A stretch of DNA of 64,000 nt from Chiloscyllium plagiosum (taxonomy: Eukaryota), in NCBI RefSeq assembly GCF_004010195.1, contig NC_057718.1, positions 55,839,862-55,903,861 of the forward strand. The letters are read 5' to 3'. Numbering within the stretch: the stretch's first letter is position 1; every line of letters starts with the position of its first letter. The position numbers were made by a program, and so were the translations under genes. The notes beneath the pieces were generated by a model. That model was not told the origin of the DNA. It saw only the letters and a program-made list of their open reading frames with translations, and made no database searches. This document shows, piece after piece, positions 1 through 14,899 of the stretch.

Positions 1-400
1 GAAATGGGTATATCCACAAAAGACTCCTGCACTAGCTGCCTACCTCTCTTACCCTTCCTGGAGTTAACCCATCTATGTGACTGTATCTGAGACTTCCCCC
101 CTTCCTATAGCTGCCATCCATCACATACCATTGCTGTTGCAAATTCCTCATCGTTTCTATCTGTCTCTCCAGCCGATCCACTCGATCTGATAAGATTCGC
201 ATCCAACAGCATTTATGGCAGATATAATACGCAGTAACCTTAAACTCTCTATAAACTCCCACATCTGACAAGAAGTACATATCACTGCAAAGGCCATTTT
301 TGCTCCTTCACAATCTACAGACCCAGAAAATAACACTGTCTTATTCCTCTACAAAACACTGCCCCAGGTTAAATTAATAGCTATGGCTTATATTTTAAGT
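1..400 (-). mobile_element. CR1-type LINE 5' region/ORF1 fragment, continuing off the window start
   Basis: Close colinear match to 54074-54470, which lies in the ORF1/5' part of the CR1 at 52526-54895. Confidence 0.8.
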
Positions 401-3400
401 CAACTGTCATGTTTTGCCACCAATTAAAGTACTTGCTAATACACATCTTTGAAAAGCCACTAATATAACTGGACAAGTGTTGGCAATCCAGCATTGCCCC
501 TCAGCAGCAGCATATAAGTACAGCAACCACAAAGCCTCGCTGTCCAGTACACATAGCCAGACTCACCCACACAAATTTAATCTCTGTCACCCTACTTGCT
601 GTTTAACTACCACACCACACAATTTATTTGTCTGTAGTGTTACAGCATGGAGGCAAACAGCCAAATCAAATCAGCCTCCCTACTTCTGTATTCATAACAC
701 AGTAAAATTAAAATGCTTAATGATCATCAAAATTGACCCCAGTGGTTCCTAACCAGACCTTTTGAATAATCAGTACCAGACTTTGTGAATAATTAATACT
801 AGACAGCAGGTTTATAGCTCATACAAAGGACTTAATGACTTATTAACAATATAGTAGCTTTAGTGGAGCAAAGTCAAATAACAAGGCTAATTAATGTCTA
901 AGATTTAAACCCAAAACTCTTTAATTCTAGGCTCCGTTCTCACACAAAGATAAACACAGTTAACGGACATATCAAAAAGGAAAAATAAATGGATTAGATA
1001 AATTAAAGCTAGTTCATTTAAGGAGACACCATGATCTATAACATTACCAACACATGGGATTATATCTTGCATGGTTTCTGACGTTACCAATGCATGCAAG
1101 TAGCTTCCAGTAGGCTCTGATGAATATTCTCTGAATGTTCAATAAGTTGTCGGTGAGAGGGCAATCAGGCACAATCCTTTTGACCAAATCACAGTACAAA
1201 AACCAGCTCAAACTCTGGCCTCTTCCTGCCAGAGTGACCATCTCCCCAGAGTTCTAGTTAACAGTAAACATTGGCCATCTGTTTGAGAATAAGGCCGCTC
1301 TGGAATCGAGCATTAATGGAGCACTTTGATCAAGAAACAACCTACAAATAACTTTCATGCCTGTCCTCATAAGCAAACAACACAAGCTGCTGCAAGGTCA
1401 CCTGTTAGCTCTCAGCTCATAGTTCATACGTCCAGATCAAAAATGATAAAACGAATAAAACAAAAATAATGAAAAATCAGCAAGGGTTATAATACTAGCC
1501 ATATCCTGTCTAAGCAATTCAGCTTTACCCACTGTAAATTTGCATCTGTCATTGTCCAGCAAGGGAATATCATATACAGGCAAGCTATTGAATTAATATA
1601 AACACATGAGCTTTTATCTACAGAAAGCAAAAGGGAACACAAATGAAGCTAAAACAGGCTGAACATTCTGCCACTCTGTTCTCCCCTCCACAATGCCAAC
1701 CAATTATGAACAAAAATTTGTTTTACAATGAATTATTGTGAGCTGCTTAGTTCTCTTCTATTAGAAAGCAGGTGTCAGTGAGGTTCTGTATGGCTTGTTG
1801 TGGCCTCATGTAGAAATATTACTGATAACTTCAGTACTACTGAGATGTTTAAGTTCAATTTGCAAGCACCAATGGATGTAGCAAGTCAGTTTTGACAAGC
1901 ATCTGACCCCTAAGCACCATTGCTCTGCATGCATGGCAAATGGGCAATGAAATGTTTGCAAATTTTATGTTGCTGAACTTTGAAAATGCTTGCTCTATGT
2001 TTTGTTGTTGCAATGTCATGGTGCCCAGGAAACACAGATCCTGTGCCTTCAAACTGACACTTACTTTGCCAACCATTGTTCCAGAAATTTTCTTGTAGCA
2101 TTGTGCATTTAGAGAAGGGGAGGTGAAGTCAGGGAATACAGTTCACTGTGGACACCATCAGCACCAGGCCCAATCTGGGCACCAGGTACTTCCTGAGCAT
2201 CCATGTTCCCTCTTACCTCACATTACTCCAATACCAATTTCTATCCTTTCCCCTAATTTGTAGACATCCATCACATTGATCTTTGCCTACAACTGTTTAC
2301 CCTGCTCGCCAAACCCCGCTTATATCTAGACGATGTCATCCTGCTCTTTTACACTCTTCTCTATAGAAGTAACACTCATGAACATAGTCAATAATCTCCC
2401 TCCTGTAACTTACCATGCCCTCTGATGCTGGTCAATATTTTCCCATTTGCCTTGTGTTCCAGAATGCCCTGACCATAACCGTCTTTATCCATACTTATAC
2501 AAATAACTCTGCTTTCATGTCCCAAGTCTTGGCTGGAGGGAAAAGCTGGCATTGGGCTGTTATTTTGTAAACCAATGTTATTTTGTAAACATCCATGAGG
2601 GTATGTAAGAGGCTTGCAGGATTCTGCCCTCTGACTTTCCATTGTGGCTCACTGAGGAATGCCTTTTTTCCTTCAACATCACAAATTTAACTTGGAAGTT
2701 AAAGGTAAAAGTTGATATCTGGGCATGATACAAATCCATTTTTGTACTTCCCACAAAATCCTGTCAGTGTGGAAATACGCCTTTCAGCCTTTCTAAGTGC
2801 TTCATTTATACCTTCCTCGGCTTCTCTTCTATAGATTAATATTCATTGCATACACTATTCTTGAATAAGAAAGGTGTCAACCAAATATGTTCCTGCTAAG
2901 CAATGTAGGGGCACAGCCACACAGCAGCTTAGAAGATGCTGATCACATCCTGTTCTGTGATGACTGTGACAATGTAACGAAATTACACTGGAAAAAATTG
3001 ATGATGGACCACATTTAAGTTTTAAAGGGAACTTTGGTGGCACCAAGGTCACTAAGAAGAACAACCTGAAGTGTCTAACTTACAGGGAAGCAACTTGCTT
3101 TTTGTTACTTCATGACTGAGAGAAAGAACTCACCTTTGAAGGAAAGAGGTACATCTATAATCACAGTTAGTTGTTGCAATTATGATTATTTATGAGGACC
3201 ACCTTACCCTTGGAATTTTATTGATTGCCTTAAAAAATCTAAAAGCTCTTGATGGCCTGTTTGAAGAGATTGCATCATTTGGGGTTGGATCATTAATATG
3301 CATTGTTGTGCTGTGTTGGAATAAGTGGAAGTGATTCATTTTCCCACTTTTGTGATTCTTCCTATTGCTAGTCTGTTGCAAAGTGACTTAGAATATTAAT

Positions 3401-3496
3401 ATGTTATTTCCCTATGATTGTAAGAACTCTTGATAAAATCAACTATTGAAATCTTCAGAATATTACCAGCTTAAAATCACAATTGTGTGTGTGTGA

Positions 3497-3694
<198 letters not shown>

Positions 3695-6569
3695 TAAAGC
3701 ATTTTAGAAATCAAAAATATATTGCAAAAAATCAAAACTTTAAAGAAATGCTCACAGACGTTCTGTTGTGAAGTTGACTAGGGTACATCAGTTCCTAATA
3801 TAATAAAGTCACTAATTTTAAAATATATCTGATTTTAAAATTTAAGGCTAAATATTATTTAGCAAAACAGTATATTATTTTAAAAACGTTTTATTATACT
3901 TAAAGACTAAACTCAACATACCTAGACTTAAGCACTGGATCTCTCCAGAAGTCTGATCTAGACAAGTATTTATGACAAGGTGGGTACAATTCATTACCAT
4001 TAGTGAGATATAATTTTCATGTAATTTAGTGAGGTGTTCCCTGGTACAATGGTTTGCATTTTATATGAACAAAAAGCTGTAATCCTGCAGTTCTCTTTTC
4101 CTACAATGACAACCTACTTTACAACTGAAAATCCTAAATCACTCAGACCTATTGGGAAGCAAAATTTGATCGCTTCAGAAACTAACGTCAGGATTACAAC
4201 GTGTAATTAATTTATTGTTTCCAACCTGCAATCCTCACCAGGCCTGTTAATTTTAATGATTGTAGCACACATTCCAACACTAGACGTACATTTGAGTGAT
4301 TGCATGACTTGGCAGGGACACTAAGTTTTACAAGGCTACCAGCACTTATGTTAGCCTGCACGATTTAGAATCAATCTGCCCTTTTTATAAAGTAAGTGCT
4401 TTTAGAATATTGTTGATTCTGATGTGAAAAAGAGATTGGCCTGTAAGAACAGTGACTGGTGTTGCAACAGGGAAGAAAGCATGCTCCAAGTTTCTTAGAT
4501 GTTGTATTATAGGCCTTGGTACAGAAGGTGATCAGGAAGATCCTCCATCAACAGGAGGACATCCATGCAAAGGAGGATAACTAGATGACTGTTGTCAGTA
4601 ATATCAATGGTCAAGCTCAAGGATCTAGATGCAGTATTGCCAGTTGTCAAAGTGAGTGAATGCATCTTCAAATGTCACTACTTACTTATTAGCCTCACAC
4701 TGCGAATCCACCATCCCCTCTACATTCAGCCACCAACATACTTTATTAAACATAACTCATGTCTAACATTCTTAGCTACACCCCATTCTCACACACTTAA
4801 TACTACTGCAAGCTTTACATCAACATCTTGCAGCTTGCAGATACTGTTCAATCATGACAGACAAATCACCCAAATGGATTGTGCCATACCTGCTGATGCA
4901 TTTCACTCCCTCTTGTAAAACAAGGTATCACATAAGTAGAGGCAAGAATGTATACTCAACAGAGAAAAGCTGCTCCTGCATGGCCTCACCATTATTGGAG
5001 TAACCATGATCATAGCTGACGCATTAAAGATGATGGCATGCACATACCTAATCAGTGTTCTGATATTTAATGCTCCTTCATCTCATAATCTTTCTAATTT
5101 GCAAACGTCGAATGGTCTATGCGTAGACACCTTGGGCTGAACTTTCATTCTGAATGCTGAATGAACCCAAGTAGGACAACATAATATCAGACTGCTGGGA
5201 CCACATTTAAATTTTCTTCTCTAATTCATTTGTCTGCCATTTTTGTTGAATTGGGAATTGTATTAGTTTGAGGCCAAACACCCACTTGAAGTGACTCAGA
5301 TTTACCATTCATATGCTTACTCCAATATCACGTTCCCCTGCCTTTGGTTTTTTCATGTAAATTGGTGGATTCCTGAGGACTGGGATCCACACCAGGCAAG
5401 TCAGCTGTCAACTTCAGAGGAAGCTCTTGTCAACTTCAGATGTCATAATGTAATGGTTTATTGTAATTCAAGTATGTTTTCAATGCAGTGAATTGATTTT
5501 CAAATCAACTTTATGTCCTGACATCTGCTACGCATTTGAAATACTCTTTCAGTAACTGTGATATAGAGCAAATGGGCCATTTAATAACACTGGTAAGTCT
5601 TTGAAATGCTCATGAATTTTTAAAAAAATCAATCAACATTCCCTTTGAGGAAACTTTTCATCTTGTCCAAATACATAACTATATTGAAAAATGACTTCAA
5701 AAAAATTGTTACAAGATAATAAGTCTGTCACTCAAACAAAGCTAATGATATTTCCATAATAGGAATATTTAATCTCATCCAAAGTGAAAAACATCTTAAA
5801 AATGAATCAAGATTACAAAGGAATTAACCACTTTGCAACTGAGTAAACAAACCTTTGGTAGCTGAGGCTAGCACTAATAATTAGGCCATCTTGCAAAATA
5901 GATCCCTTGCTCAACTGTTCAAAACAAGATTAAAGTCTCCTTCAGTGAAAATTTCACTGACTTTGAGTGACGGCTTTATTATTTTGTGTTGGCTTGATCT
6001 TTCTTTGTGGTGCTTTTTCAATGCTTGTACGTTTATTTGGATAAAATTAACAGTTTGTTCAAAGGAAATGTTGAACATCTGATAAATGTTCTTTAAATTC
6101 ATGAGCATTTTAAATGTTTACAATTACAAATAAATATATAGCTCATTGATTCAATATATATGGGATACTGGGTCACTGAATCTGGAGGATAAATGAGAGC
6201 ATGGAGGAGATATGGAAAAAAACAGTTTTGGAGGAGCATGCGAGATATGGGGGTATGGAATAAGGACATTGAGGGTAAGATGTGAGGGTTAGAGGGCCTA
6301 ACAATCATGAATTGAACTTGGCCAATGTCCCAGTAAATAATCTTGGCATCTGCTCGCCTCTGTTCCCACCTTTGGCCTGCATTAGAAGGAAGGAGCCATG
6401 ACTCACATTCACTCACCATATCCAGAGACTAAAATACCTGGCAGGTAGGTTGGTGTTTAGAAATTGGGACCATGATATTGGGAGGTGGCCTGACACATGG
6501 CCTTTAACAGAAGACAAAAAGTCATCCCATTGTATTTCCTCGATGCCACACACACGTTTTTGCTTTTTC

Positions 6570-6840
6570 TAATTTATTCATTCTCAGGTTGTGGGCATTG
6601 TTGGCTATGTCAAATTACCCTTGAGAAACAAACGATAAGCTATCTTTTTGAACTACTGTTGTTTATTTGATATAGGTACGCAACAATGCTATTAGAATAG
6701 GAGTTCTAGGATTTTGACCGAGCTGTAATGAAGGAATGATGTTATATTTCCAAGTCAGGATGATTCTTAGATTGAAGGGGAGCCTTCAAGCTATGATGGT
6801 CTCTTGCATCTGCTTAATCTGTCCTTTTAGGTGCTGTTGA
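6570..6840 (-). mobile_element. Degenerate 3' end of the CR1/L2-group LINE family also seen at 7400-9365
   Basis: Reverse complement resembles the 3' tail at 9100-9365. A similar copy lies at 15490-15840. Confidence 0.6.
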
Positions 6841-7399
6841 TAGAGGCTTGGTGCATTACAACCATGCCTGTGCGTCTTTCTGCTTTCAAATAGCTAAGAA
6901 TTGTAAATGTGCAAGACAGTGGTGAAAGAGAAACAGTTGAAAAGGGTTAGAAACACCATTCTTCACACTCATAAGCACCAACTCAAATGCTGAACACTGC
7001 ATTCTATGGGGGATTTTTATAAGCAAGATTTGCATGAGTTGATCTATTAGGATTTCAGCACTAGCGGACTCAAAGATGGATTTGATGGAGGCATGCAGAA
7101 TGTTAATGCAGTTAATGGATTTGCATATCCAGATACTTAATGCATTAGAAAACCTCCCAGAAATCCAATAGTCAAGAAGCATGGAGATGTCAGAGAATCT
7201 TTTGGGCAGTTTAGAGCAAGTGGCAACTCTAGAAAGATCTGTGTTATGAGATGTGAATGTAGGTGCTTTGGTTGGTATTTGTTATTGCTCAACATGTTAG
7301 GTGATACAACTGAGTCACTTGGGCAATTGAGAGTTAACCATGAAACTGGAGTCATATACAAACTAGATTGTGTATGGCAGCAGTTTTCTTTCATAATGG

Positions 7400-9365
7400 A
7401 CATTATTATGATATATTATGGTAAGGGTGGGTTGAATTGCGAGAATGATATACATCCTGATTTCTGGAGCTGCCAGCCAATCTGATGGGCTAGTAGCTCC
7501 AACAACAGATCCAGATTGACCTCCACCAATCGTACTGAGCATCACAGATACCAGTCTTCAGCCAATTTCATTCAGTACATTTGTTATGAGGAAACGGTTG
7601 GAGGCACTGGATATTGCAAAGACTAGAAGCTCTGACAAAATTCCGGCAATAATATCGAAAACATGTGCTTCAGAACTTGCTGCTCCCCTCACTTAGCTCT
7701 TCCAGTACAGTTCAATATTGGCATCTATCTGATAATGTGGAAAATTGCCCAGGTATGTCCTGATTGCAAAAGACAGGACAAATCTAACCCATCCAATTAC
7801 TGCCCCTTCAATCTACTCTTGATCATCATTAAAGTGATGGAAGGTGTCAAGCAAATGCTATATAGCATCTGTTCAGCAATAACCTACTCAGCAGAGCCCA
7901 GTTTGGGTTCTGCTTGGGCTGTTTAGCTCTTGACCTCATTACAGCCTTGATTCTAACATGAACAAAAAAGCTGAATTCCAGAGGTGAAGTGAGAGTGACG
8001 GCCTTTGATATCAAGGCTGCATCTGACCAATTATGGCTTCAAGGAGCCCGAGCAACACTGGAATCAATGGATAATGGGGAAAAACTCACCACTGGTTGGA
8101 GTCATGCCTGACACATAGGAAGACAGTTGTGGTTGTTAGAGGTCAGGCACCTCAGCTCCAGAACATCTCTGCAGGAGTTTCTCAGGGTACTGTCCTCGGC
8201 CCAACGATCTTCAGCTGCTTCATCAATGACCTTCCCTCCATCATAAGGTTGAAATGGGAATGTTTGCCGATGATTGCACAATGTTCAGCACCATTTGCAA
8301 CTCCTAAGATACTGAATCAGTCCACGTTCAAATGCAACAATATCTGGGCAATATCCAGGCTTGGGCTGACAAGTGCCAAGTAACATTTGCATTACACAAA
8401 TGCAAGGGGAATGACCATCTCCAATAAGAGGTTTAACTATGTCCTTTGACATTCAATGGTGTAACATCAATGAGTCACCCATCCTTGGGATTACCATTGA
8501 CCAGAAACCCAACTGGACTCACCACATAAACACTGACTACAAAAGCAAGTTAGATGCTGAGAATACCACAGCGCATAACCCACCTCCTGACTCTCAAAGC
8601 CTGTCTATCATCTACAGGGCACAAGTCAGGAGTGTTATGGAATATTCCCCACTTCCTGACATTATCCAGGACAAGCCAAAAGTGAGGACAGCAGATGCTG
8701 GAAATCAGTGTCTAGATTAGAGTGATACTGGAAAAGCACAGCAGGTCAGGCAGCATTCGAGAAGCCGGAGAATCGACATTTTGGGCAAAAGCTCTTCATC
8801 AGGAATGAGGGCAGGGAGCCTCCAGGGTGGAGAGATAAATGGGAGGGGGGGGTGGGGTTGGGGTGAAGGTAGGAAGGAAGATTATCAGGTAGGACAGGTC
8901 ATGAGGATGGTGCTGAGCTGGAAGGTTGGAACTGGAGTAAGGTAGGGGAGGGGAAATGAGGAAATTGGTGAAGTCCACCTCATTATCCAGGACAAAGCAA
9001 TCCGCTTCATTGGCACCACATTCACAGGCATCCACTCCCTCCACCACTGACTATGTACAAGAGACAATGCAGAAATTCATCAAAGATCCTTTCACAGCTC
9101 CATCCAAACCCATAACCACTTCCATCTTGAAGGACAAGATGCAAGTTCTCCTCCAAGCCACTCACCCTCCTAACTTGGAAATATACCACCTGACTCTGGG
9201 TGAAAATCCTCGAATCTCCCCCAATGGCTTTGTTGATCAACCTACAGCACATGAACTGCAGCAGTTCAAGAAGGCGGCTCACTACCACCTTCACAAGGGC
9301 AGCTAGGGACAGGCAAGCAACGCTGACCATCCAGTGATGCTCGCATCTCACAAATGAATTAAAAT
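7400..9365 (+). mobile_element. Degenerate CR1/L2-group LINE ORF2 (RT) plus 3' tail, interrupted by a Penelope fragment
   Basis: Frameshifted RT motifs WKIAQVCP..K.QDKSNPSNYCP, DIKAA, GVSQGTVLGPTIFSCFINDLP, FADD and VRSVMEYSP. Start position approximate. Confidence 0.85.
8675..8980 (-). mobile_element. Penelope-like element 3' fragment with tail and degenerate hammerhead motif
   Basis: 15 bp TSD cattatccaggacaa at 8660-8674 and 8981-8995. Homologous to the 3' UTRs of the GIY-YIG copies at 36095 and 48493. Confidence 0.85.
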
Positions 9366-10124
9366 ACAATCCCAGCCAGATCAGAGATTTGTAGTTGGTA
9401 CTGCCAGGATTGAAGGCACGCTCATGATCTGATCCATCCTGAATTGAAGTAAATGAGGAGTATTGGGTTTTGCCATCTTGGACAAAGGGAGGGGTGAGGT
9501 GATAGGTTTTTAAGTATAGGAAGGAGAAATGACTGTATTCTTGGGAGGTACTCCAAATGGACAGAGAACACCCTCCGAAGATAGTGCACCACTTTCCTCC
9601 CTGCAGTTTTTAAAAATTTATCAAAACAATAATCTGCTCAATCCTGTTTGCATGTTCATGCCAAACATATTATGGCCTGGCATGTTAATATTGAATTAAT
9701 TGAGCTTTTAACATGTATTAAGGTTAACAAGCTCTATTGACTCTTAATTATTTATTTAAATATATTGTGTTTCCTCCAGTCACCAACCCATTTTCTGAGG
9801 GTGATTTCAAGGATATATGGGTAGATGGTTGGCTGGGCATTGGACCTATTTTGTGACAACCCTTCCTTTACCTGCCACCATCAAACACATACCCAGTGGG
9901 AGCATGTAATATCTGGCCCCAGCTTTTTATTTCCATATTTCCAGAAAATTAATTCAAATACTTATTTTCTGAATTATTTGTCCACTAATACAAAAGCTTA
10001 GTCACCATTATATTAAGGTTTAACATATATGTCATGATAGTAGAAAAGACAATGGATTGGGAGAATTTGTTCCAACATGTGTATATGTGGGCAATTAGGC
10101 TACAATGGGAACTTCAGGTTCTTC

Positions 10125-10221
10125 AGCCAAGATGTGAAAACACCAGAGTTGGACTTGGGTGGACAAGGCCAAAAATCAAGTCCTAAGCTTGCAATTTCAA
10201 ATAACCCTGTTGGACTATAAC
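10125..10221. mobile_element. Short Penelope-like relic: inverted tail joined to a forward subterminal piece (family of 18962-19230)
   Basis: 10 bp TSD caggttcttc at 10115-10124 and 10222-10231. Shares cctgttggactataacc and gttggact.gg.gt motifs with the 18962 insertion. Confidence 0.65.
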
Positions 10222-10744
10222 CAGGTTCTTCGGGTCAGTGCTTGGGATTGTAAAATATTCCTGTCAAGCAGCTTGCATGGCATCATCCTTTGCCATGTCT
10301 CCTCCTTCCTGCTTTTGCTCTCTGTCATATTCCTCTAAAATCCAAGTTGCATGGTCACTTTTTAGCCTGAATGACTACTGACCTCTCACTGTAAAATAGG
10401 TCACCACCTAATTTACTCAATGAGGATTTCCCCTTCTGGATCCCTTCAATGGCGCCCAATTGCCCCAATATATTTTCTGTGGGTATCTGGCAACTGCTCA
10501 TTGCTACACAAAATTTTGCCTTGTGACTAAAAAGTATTTTCTTAGGATGTGGTGTACATGGATAGATCAGAGAACAGTCATGATTTGAAGTGTGAAAAAC
10601 TATTAAGAATTCTGCTTCACCATTTTTTCTAGTTGGATCCTAATAATACCTTAATAATACATTGAGGAGAAATAACATTTAAATCCCATTGTTGGGTTTA
10701 CATGGATATCAATAACCTAAGGCAGTTATTAGGGGCTCATAATG

Positions 10745-11642
10745 AACATAGAGTCATAGAGATGTACAGTACGGAAACAGACCCTTCGGTCCAACTCGTC
10801 CATGATGACCAGATATCCCAATCTAGTCTTATCTGCCAGCACCTGGCCCATATCCATCCAAACTCTTCCTATTCATATAACCATCCAGATGCCTTTTAAA
10901 TGTTGCAATTGTACTAGCCTCCACCATTTCCTCTGGCAGCTCATTCCATACACGTACCACCCTTTGAGTGAAAACGTTGCCCCTTAGGTCTGTTTAATAT
11001 CTTTCCTCTCTCACCCAAAGCCTATGCCTTCTAGTTCTGGACTCCCTGACCCCAAAACACTTTGCCTATTTATCCTATCCAAGACCCTCATGATTTTATA
11101 AAGGTCTATAAGGTCATCCCTCAGCCTCCAACACTCTAGGGAAAACAGCCCTAGCCTATTCAGCTTCTCTGTATAGCTCAAATCCTCCAACCCTGGCAAC
11201 ATCCTTGTAAGTCTTTTCTGAACCCTTTCATGTTTCACAACATCCTTCCAATAGGAAGGAGACCAGAATTGCACGCAGTATTCCAACAGTGGCCTAACCA
11301 ATGTCCTGTACAGCCGCAACATGACCTCCCAACCCCTGTACTCAATACCCTGACCAATAAAGGAAAGCATACCAAACACCTTCTTCAGTATCCTATCTAC
11401 CTGCGACTCCACTTTCAAGGAGCTATGAACCTGCACTCCGAGGTCTCTTTGTTCAGCAACATTCCCTAGGACCTTACCATTAAGTGCATAAGTCCTGCTA
11501 AGATTTGCTTTCCCAAAATGCAGCACCTCACATTTATCTAAATTAAACTCCATCTGCCACTTCTCAGCCCATTGGCCCATATGATCAAGATCCTGTTGTG
11601 ATCTGAGGTAACCTTCTTCGCTGTCCACCACACCTCCAATGT
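10745..11642 (-). mobile_element. CR1 (HER1-like) LINE, 5'-truncated, RT C-terminus plus 3' tail
   Basis: ORF 11011-11694: WAEKWQMEFNLDKCEVLHFG, RDLGVQV, LYRTLVRPLLEYCVQFWSP. Tail ctatgactctatg. Confidence 0.93.
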
Positions 11643-12087
11643 TCTTTATTAAACCAAAGTACACTATAAAAGATACTACAAAAATCTTACCCATACAATA
11701 CTAACAATCATAATTGAGCCCTTTTACATGGACTTGTCCACAGATCAGGCCAGACTAGATGATTAGCTTGTTCCATCTCAACCTCCAGCCATTGATCAGA
11801 GGACCACTTCCTCAAAATAATTGTCTAGTGAGGCAAGGGTCTTTTTATACTTTTTCCATGCATCCAAATCTTGACACTATCTAGTCTCCAGCAAATGATC
11901 AATTTAACCACAAACAAACATTTCGTGTTTCATGTTTTCGATGTTGCTTTAATCAATTAATTCATTAGGACTTGAGGCTTATCATTTACGTTCAATGAAC
12001 TTTGACCTCAGAGATGAAAGTTCTTGGTTGTGATGTATGTTCAGGTTTCTAGTATTTGGTGCCCCAAGATATAGACTTGCTTGCATC

Positions 12088-12385
12088 TGTGATGATGCTG
12101 CTCGTTTAACAAGGTTATGCTATACTTGGCTATTTCTTTTCGCAGAGAGGTTGTAAAAGCAGCGATTCTGAAAAGTCTAGTTTGGATGTGTTTTAGAGCC
12201 AGTTTGATTATAGCTAATACAGCCTTGGGGAAATAGTCTTTCAAGTTAAAAAAAAACACTTATACAATGAAAGGGGAGTGGCCAGTTCTCCCAGTTCAGC
12301 TTTTTCTGGTTTGTTTGGTTTTAGCATAGCATAGTTTTGAGGCTGCTAATCCAAGAAACAGCTCTGTAGAAGAAGGTGTTCCATG

Positions 12386-12428
<43 letters not shown>

Positions 12429-12735
12429 CTCTCCTGTAAGACCCTGTGTTTGATTTTGTGCTAAGGAGTGTTTATGGGGATTGTTGCAAGTATTTGGAAC
12501 AGCATCATTAAGTTGGTATAACCTGTTCGGTTTTCAGATAGGTTAAGTTATTCTGTTTGTGTTTATTTGGTAATCTTGTAAATAAATTCTGTTGTGTTTA
12601 AAACTAAGTAGTTTGACCAGCTATATCCCCCTTGGAATACCTGTATCTGGGTTACATCTGCTTAGAACAATGAGAAAGTTAGAGTCTGGGCTACTTTCTT
12701 GAAATGTTTTGAGGGTTCTGGTCTGGTCCATAACA
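12088..12735. mobile_element. Solo LTR (648 bp) containing a (CT)n tract
   Basis: TGTGATG...CATAACA termini with 4 bp TSD CATC at 12084-12087 and 12736-12739. AATAAA near 12581. A related copy in opposite orientation starts at 22392. Confidence 0.8.
12390..12424. repeat. (CT)n microsatellite
   Basis: Seen directly. Confidence 0.95.
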
Positions 12736-13934
12736 CATCATACATTAATGTTAAGTGCAACACTCCCAAACATGTGGTTGAACTCTGCCAGCTGTAAGTT
12801 TTGTCAATCAAGGTGACTCTCCATGTGACAATACTGCATCACTTGTTCCTGTTTCTGATTTGAACCTCACGAGATGTCCAATGATATAAATGTCTACTTG
12901 CTAAAAGTTTGGACTGGTTCACTGATTCCCACTCTTCTGAAGACTATGCTAGTTCATTTATCTCTTCTCTAAACCTTCTTGGTCTTCTGCTTTTCTGTTG
13001 CTGTGTTCTGCTTTGGCATGTTTTCTGTAAGTGACCTGCTTTCCTACAATAAAAGCGATTAGTTTCTAAAGCTAGGCATGGTTATACCTCTGAGGTTTTT
13101 TAGCATCACAATATTGGCAAGAGTTGTTAGTCATCTCTCCTGTACACTGTGTTTTTAATGTAGGACCTCAAAAGCTAGGCATAATAAGTGAAATCTTTTG
13201 GAGGTGGCGGGAGTCTTGACTGCTAACTTGAGCCCTACATCATTTCTTCTTGAGAAGGCATTCCAAATCCTGTGCCACTAAGGTATTTTGACAGGCCAAC
13301 AGTAAGCCTCCTTCTCCCAGAATGTAAGGACACCAGATATGATGGTCATCTTGCTGAGAGCTGCCAATCAATCAGAGCTTAGCAACTCTTCTGCTGTCAA
13401 AAATACCTATCTGCAACCTTTCTGCCCGATTAAATGTCCCCTTGTTGCTAAAATTGCCATGGTAGAGGGCACAACATTCCACCCAATATTATAAATACAG
13501 CTTAACTATTAATTGTGTCTAGACTTAGAATTCTATGTTTTTGTACTCAAGACTTCTGTATGAAGCTGCAGGGTCTTTTATGATTTGTATGTTTTATTTA
13601 AACAGCACTATAATCTTTTCTTCCCATTTGCAAATACTTTTGCATTTGAGCTCTTAAGGTGCACTCCTTTTAAAATGTTGCCATTTCATATATTTTTCTG
13701 TTATTCTTCCTCACATTACCCAGTTTAATATTTCTATTTAGGATGTGATGCAAAACAGATAGAATTGCAGTTGTTAGACATCTAAGATTTGAAGAAGACA
13801 TGGCATGAATCTGAAAGCTCTTCAGTTTTTAAGTACACATTATTCAAATTTCAAAATGTACTTTTCTGTGTTACTTGCTTCAAAGAACAGATATCATTGC
13901 AGTAAACAATATTCATTTGTGGCTGTAAATATAA

Positions 13935-14051
<117 letters not shown>

Positions 14052-14664
14052 TGAAATTCCTTAATTTTGCAACATAAATTGTTATAATCTAGAAAACCAG
14101 TTAATAAACAATGTATCCAGAGCAAATCTTTACACATCCTTATAAGCTTTTGTTTATACAGTTGCAGATTATAACCAAACACTAGCTAGCCCAAAACAAC
14201 AGTGACAGCCCATTTCCAGTTACAGGCATGAAAAAATTAACTATTTCCATGCATTTTTACAATTAAACTTAATTAACATTAATTAACAAATTCTCTTTTT
14301 TTCTCACTTAATAAAAAATAGAGTTTATGAAAACACCAAGGTTTCATAATAAATAATGTCATTGTTTCAAAACCATTATATTATGAGATGCTCTGCCTCT
14401 ATGACTTCTAATTTGTTCATGCATACATTTCTTTGTGGAAAACAATCAGAGGGTTGATGATTTGGATCCTCCTATTTAAATTTCAAGATTATTTTTGTCT
14501 CCAGCATTTATTTCAAGCCAGCAAGATCAAACTGTAAACTTCCCTTACTCGCAGATTTTGTTAAATATATATTATCAGCACTGATTATCTACGTATCATT
14601 CAAAGGATATACTATCCTCAGTATGTCCTTATACAGTGTCTGATTTAAAGTATTTAACCACAGG

Positions 14665-14882
14665 CCAAAAGTAAAGTCACCATAGTTTTATCAGACGATG
14701 GGGCTGCTCTCTCTTTAGACAGAGAGACAACCAGTGGTAGCTTAACCTGAGGGTCACAGTGGCTCAGGTGAGAGGAGAGGCTGAGAAGGAGAGTCCTTCA
14801 TGGTAACCTTGACCAGCACAGGAATGGTATTGGTGTCATTTTGCATTGCAAACTAGCCATCCAACCAACTGAGCTAACTGGC
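14665..14882 (-). mobile_element. tRNA-derived SINE (degenerate)
   Basis: Minus strand starts cagttagctcagttggttggatggc, a tRNA-like A-box head. About 220 bp. Confidence 0.6.
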
Positions 14883-14899
14883 CAAAGAATGCTAGGATT

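Noticed and set aside
740..1495. Possible solo LTR; similar suspicion for about 10548-13110
   Set aside because: The composition is LTR-like, but I could not find matching termini with a TSD or a second copy.
1855..2642. Possible DNA-transposase relics (also 4400-5050 and 55300-56330)
   Set aside because: Only faint Harbinger- or hAT-like motifs, too decayed to call without a profile search.
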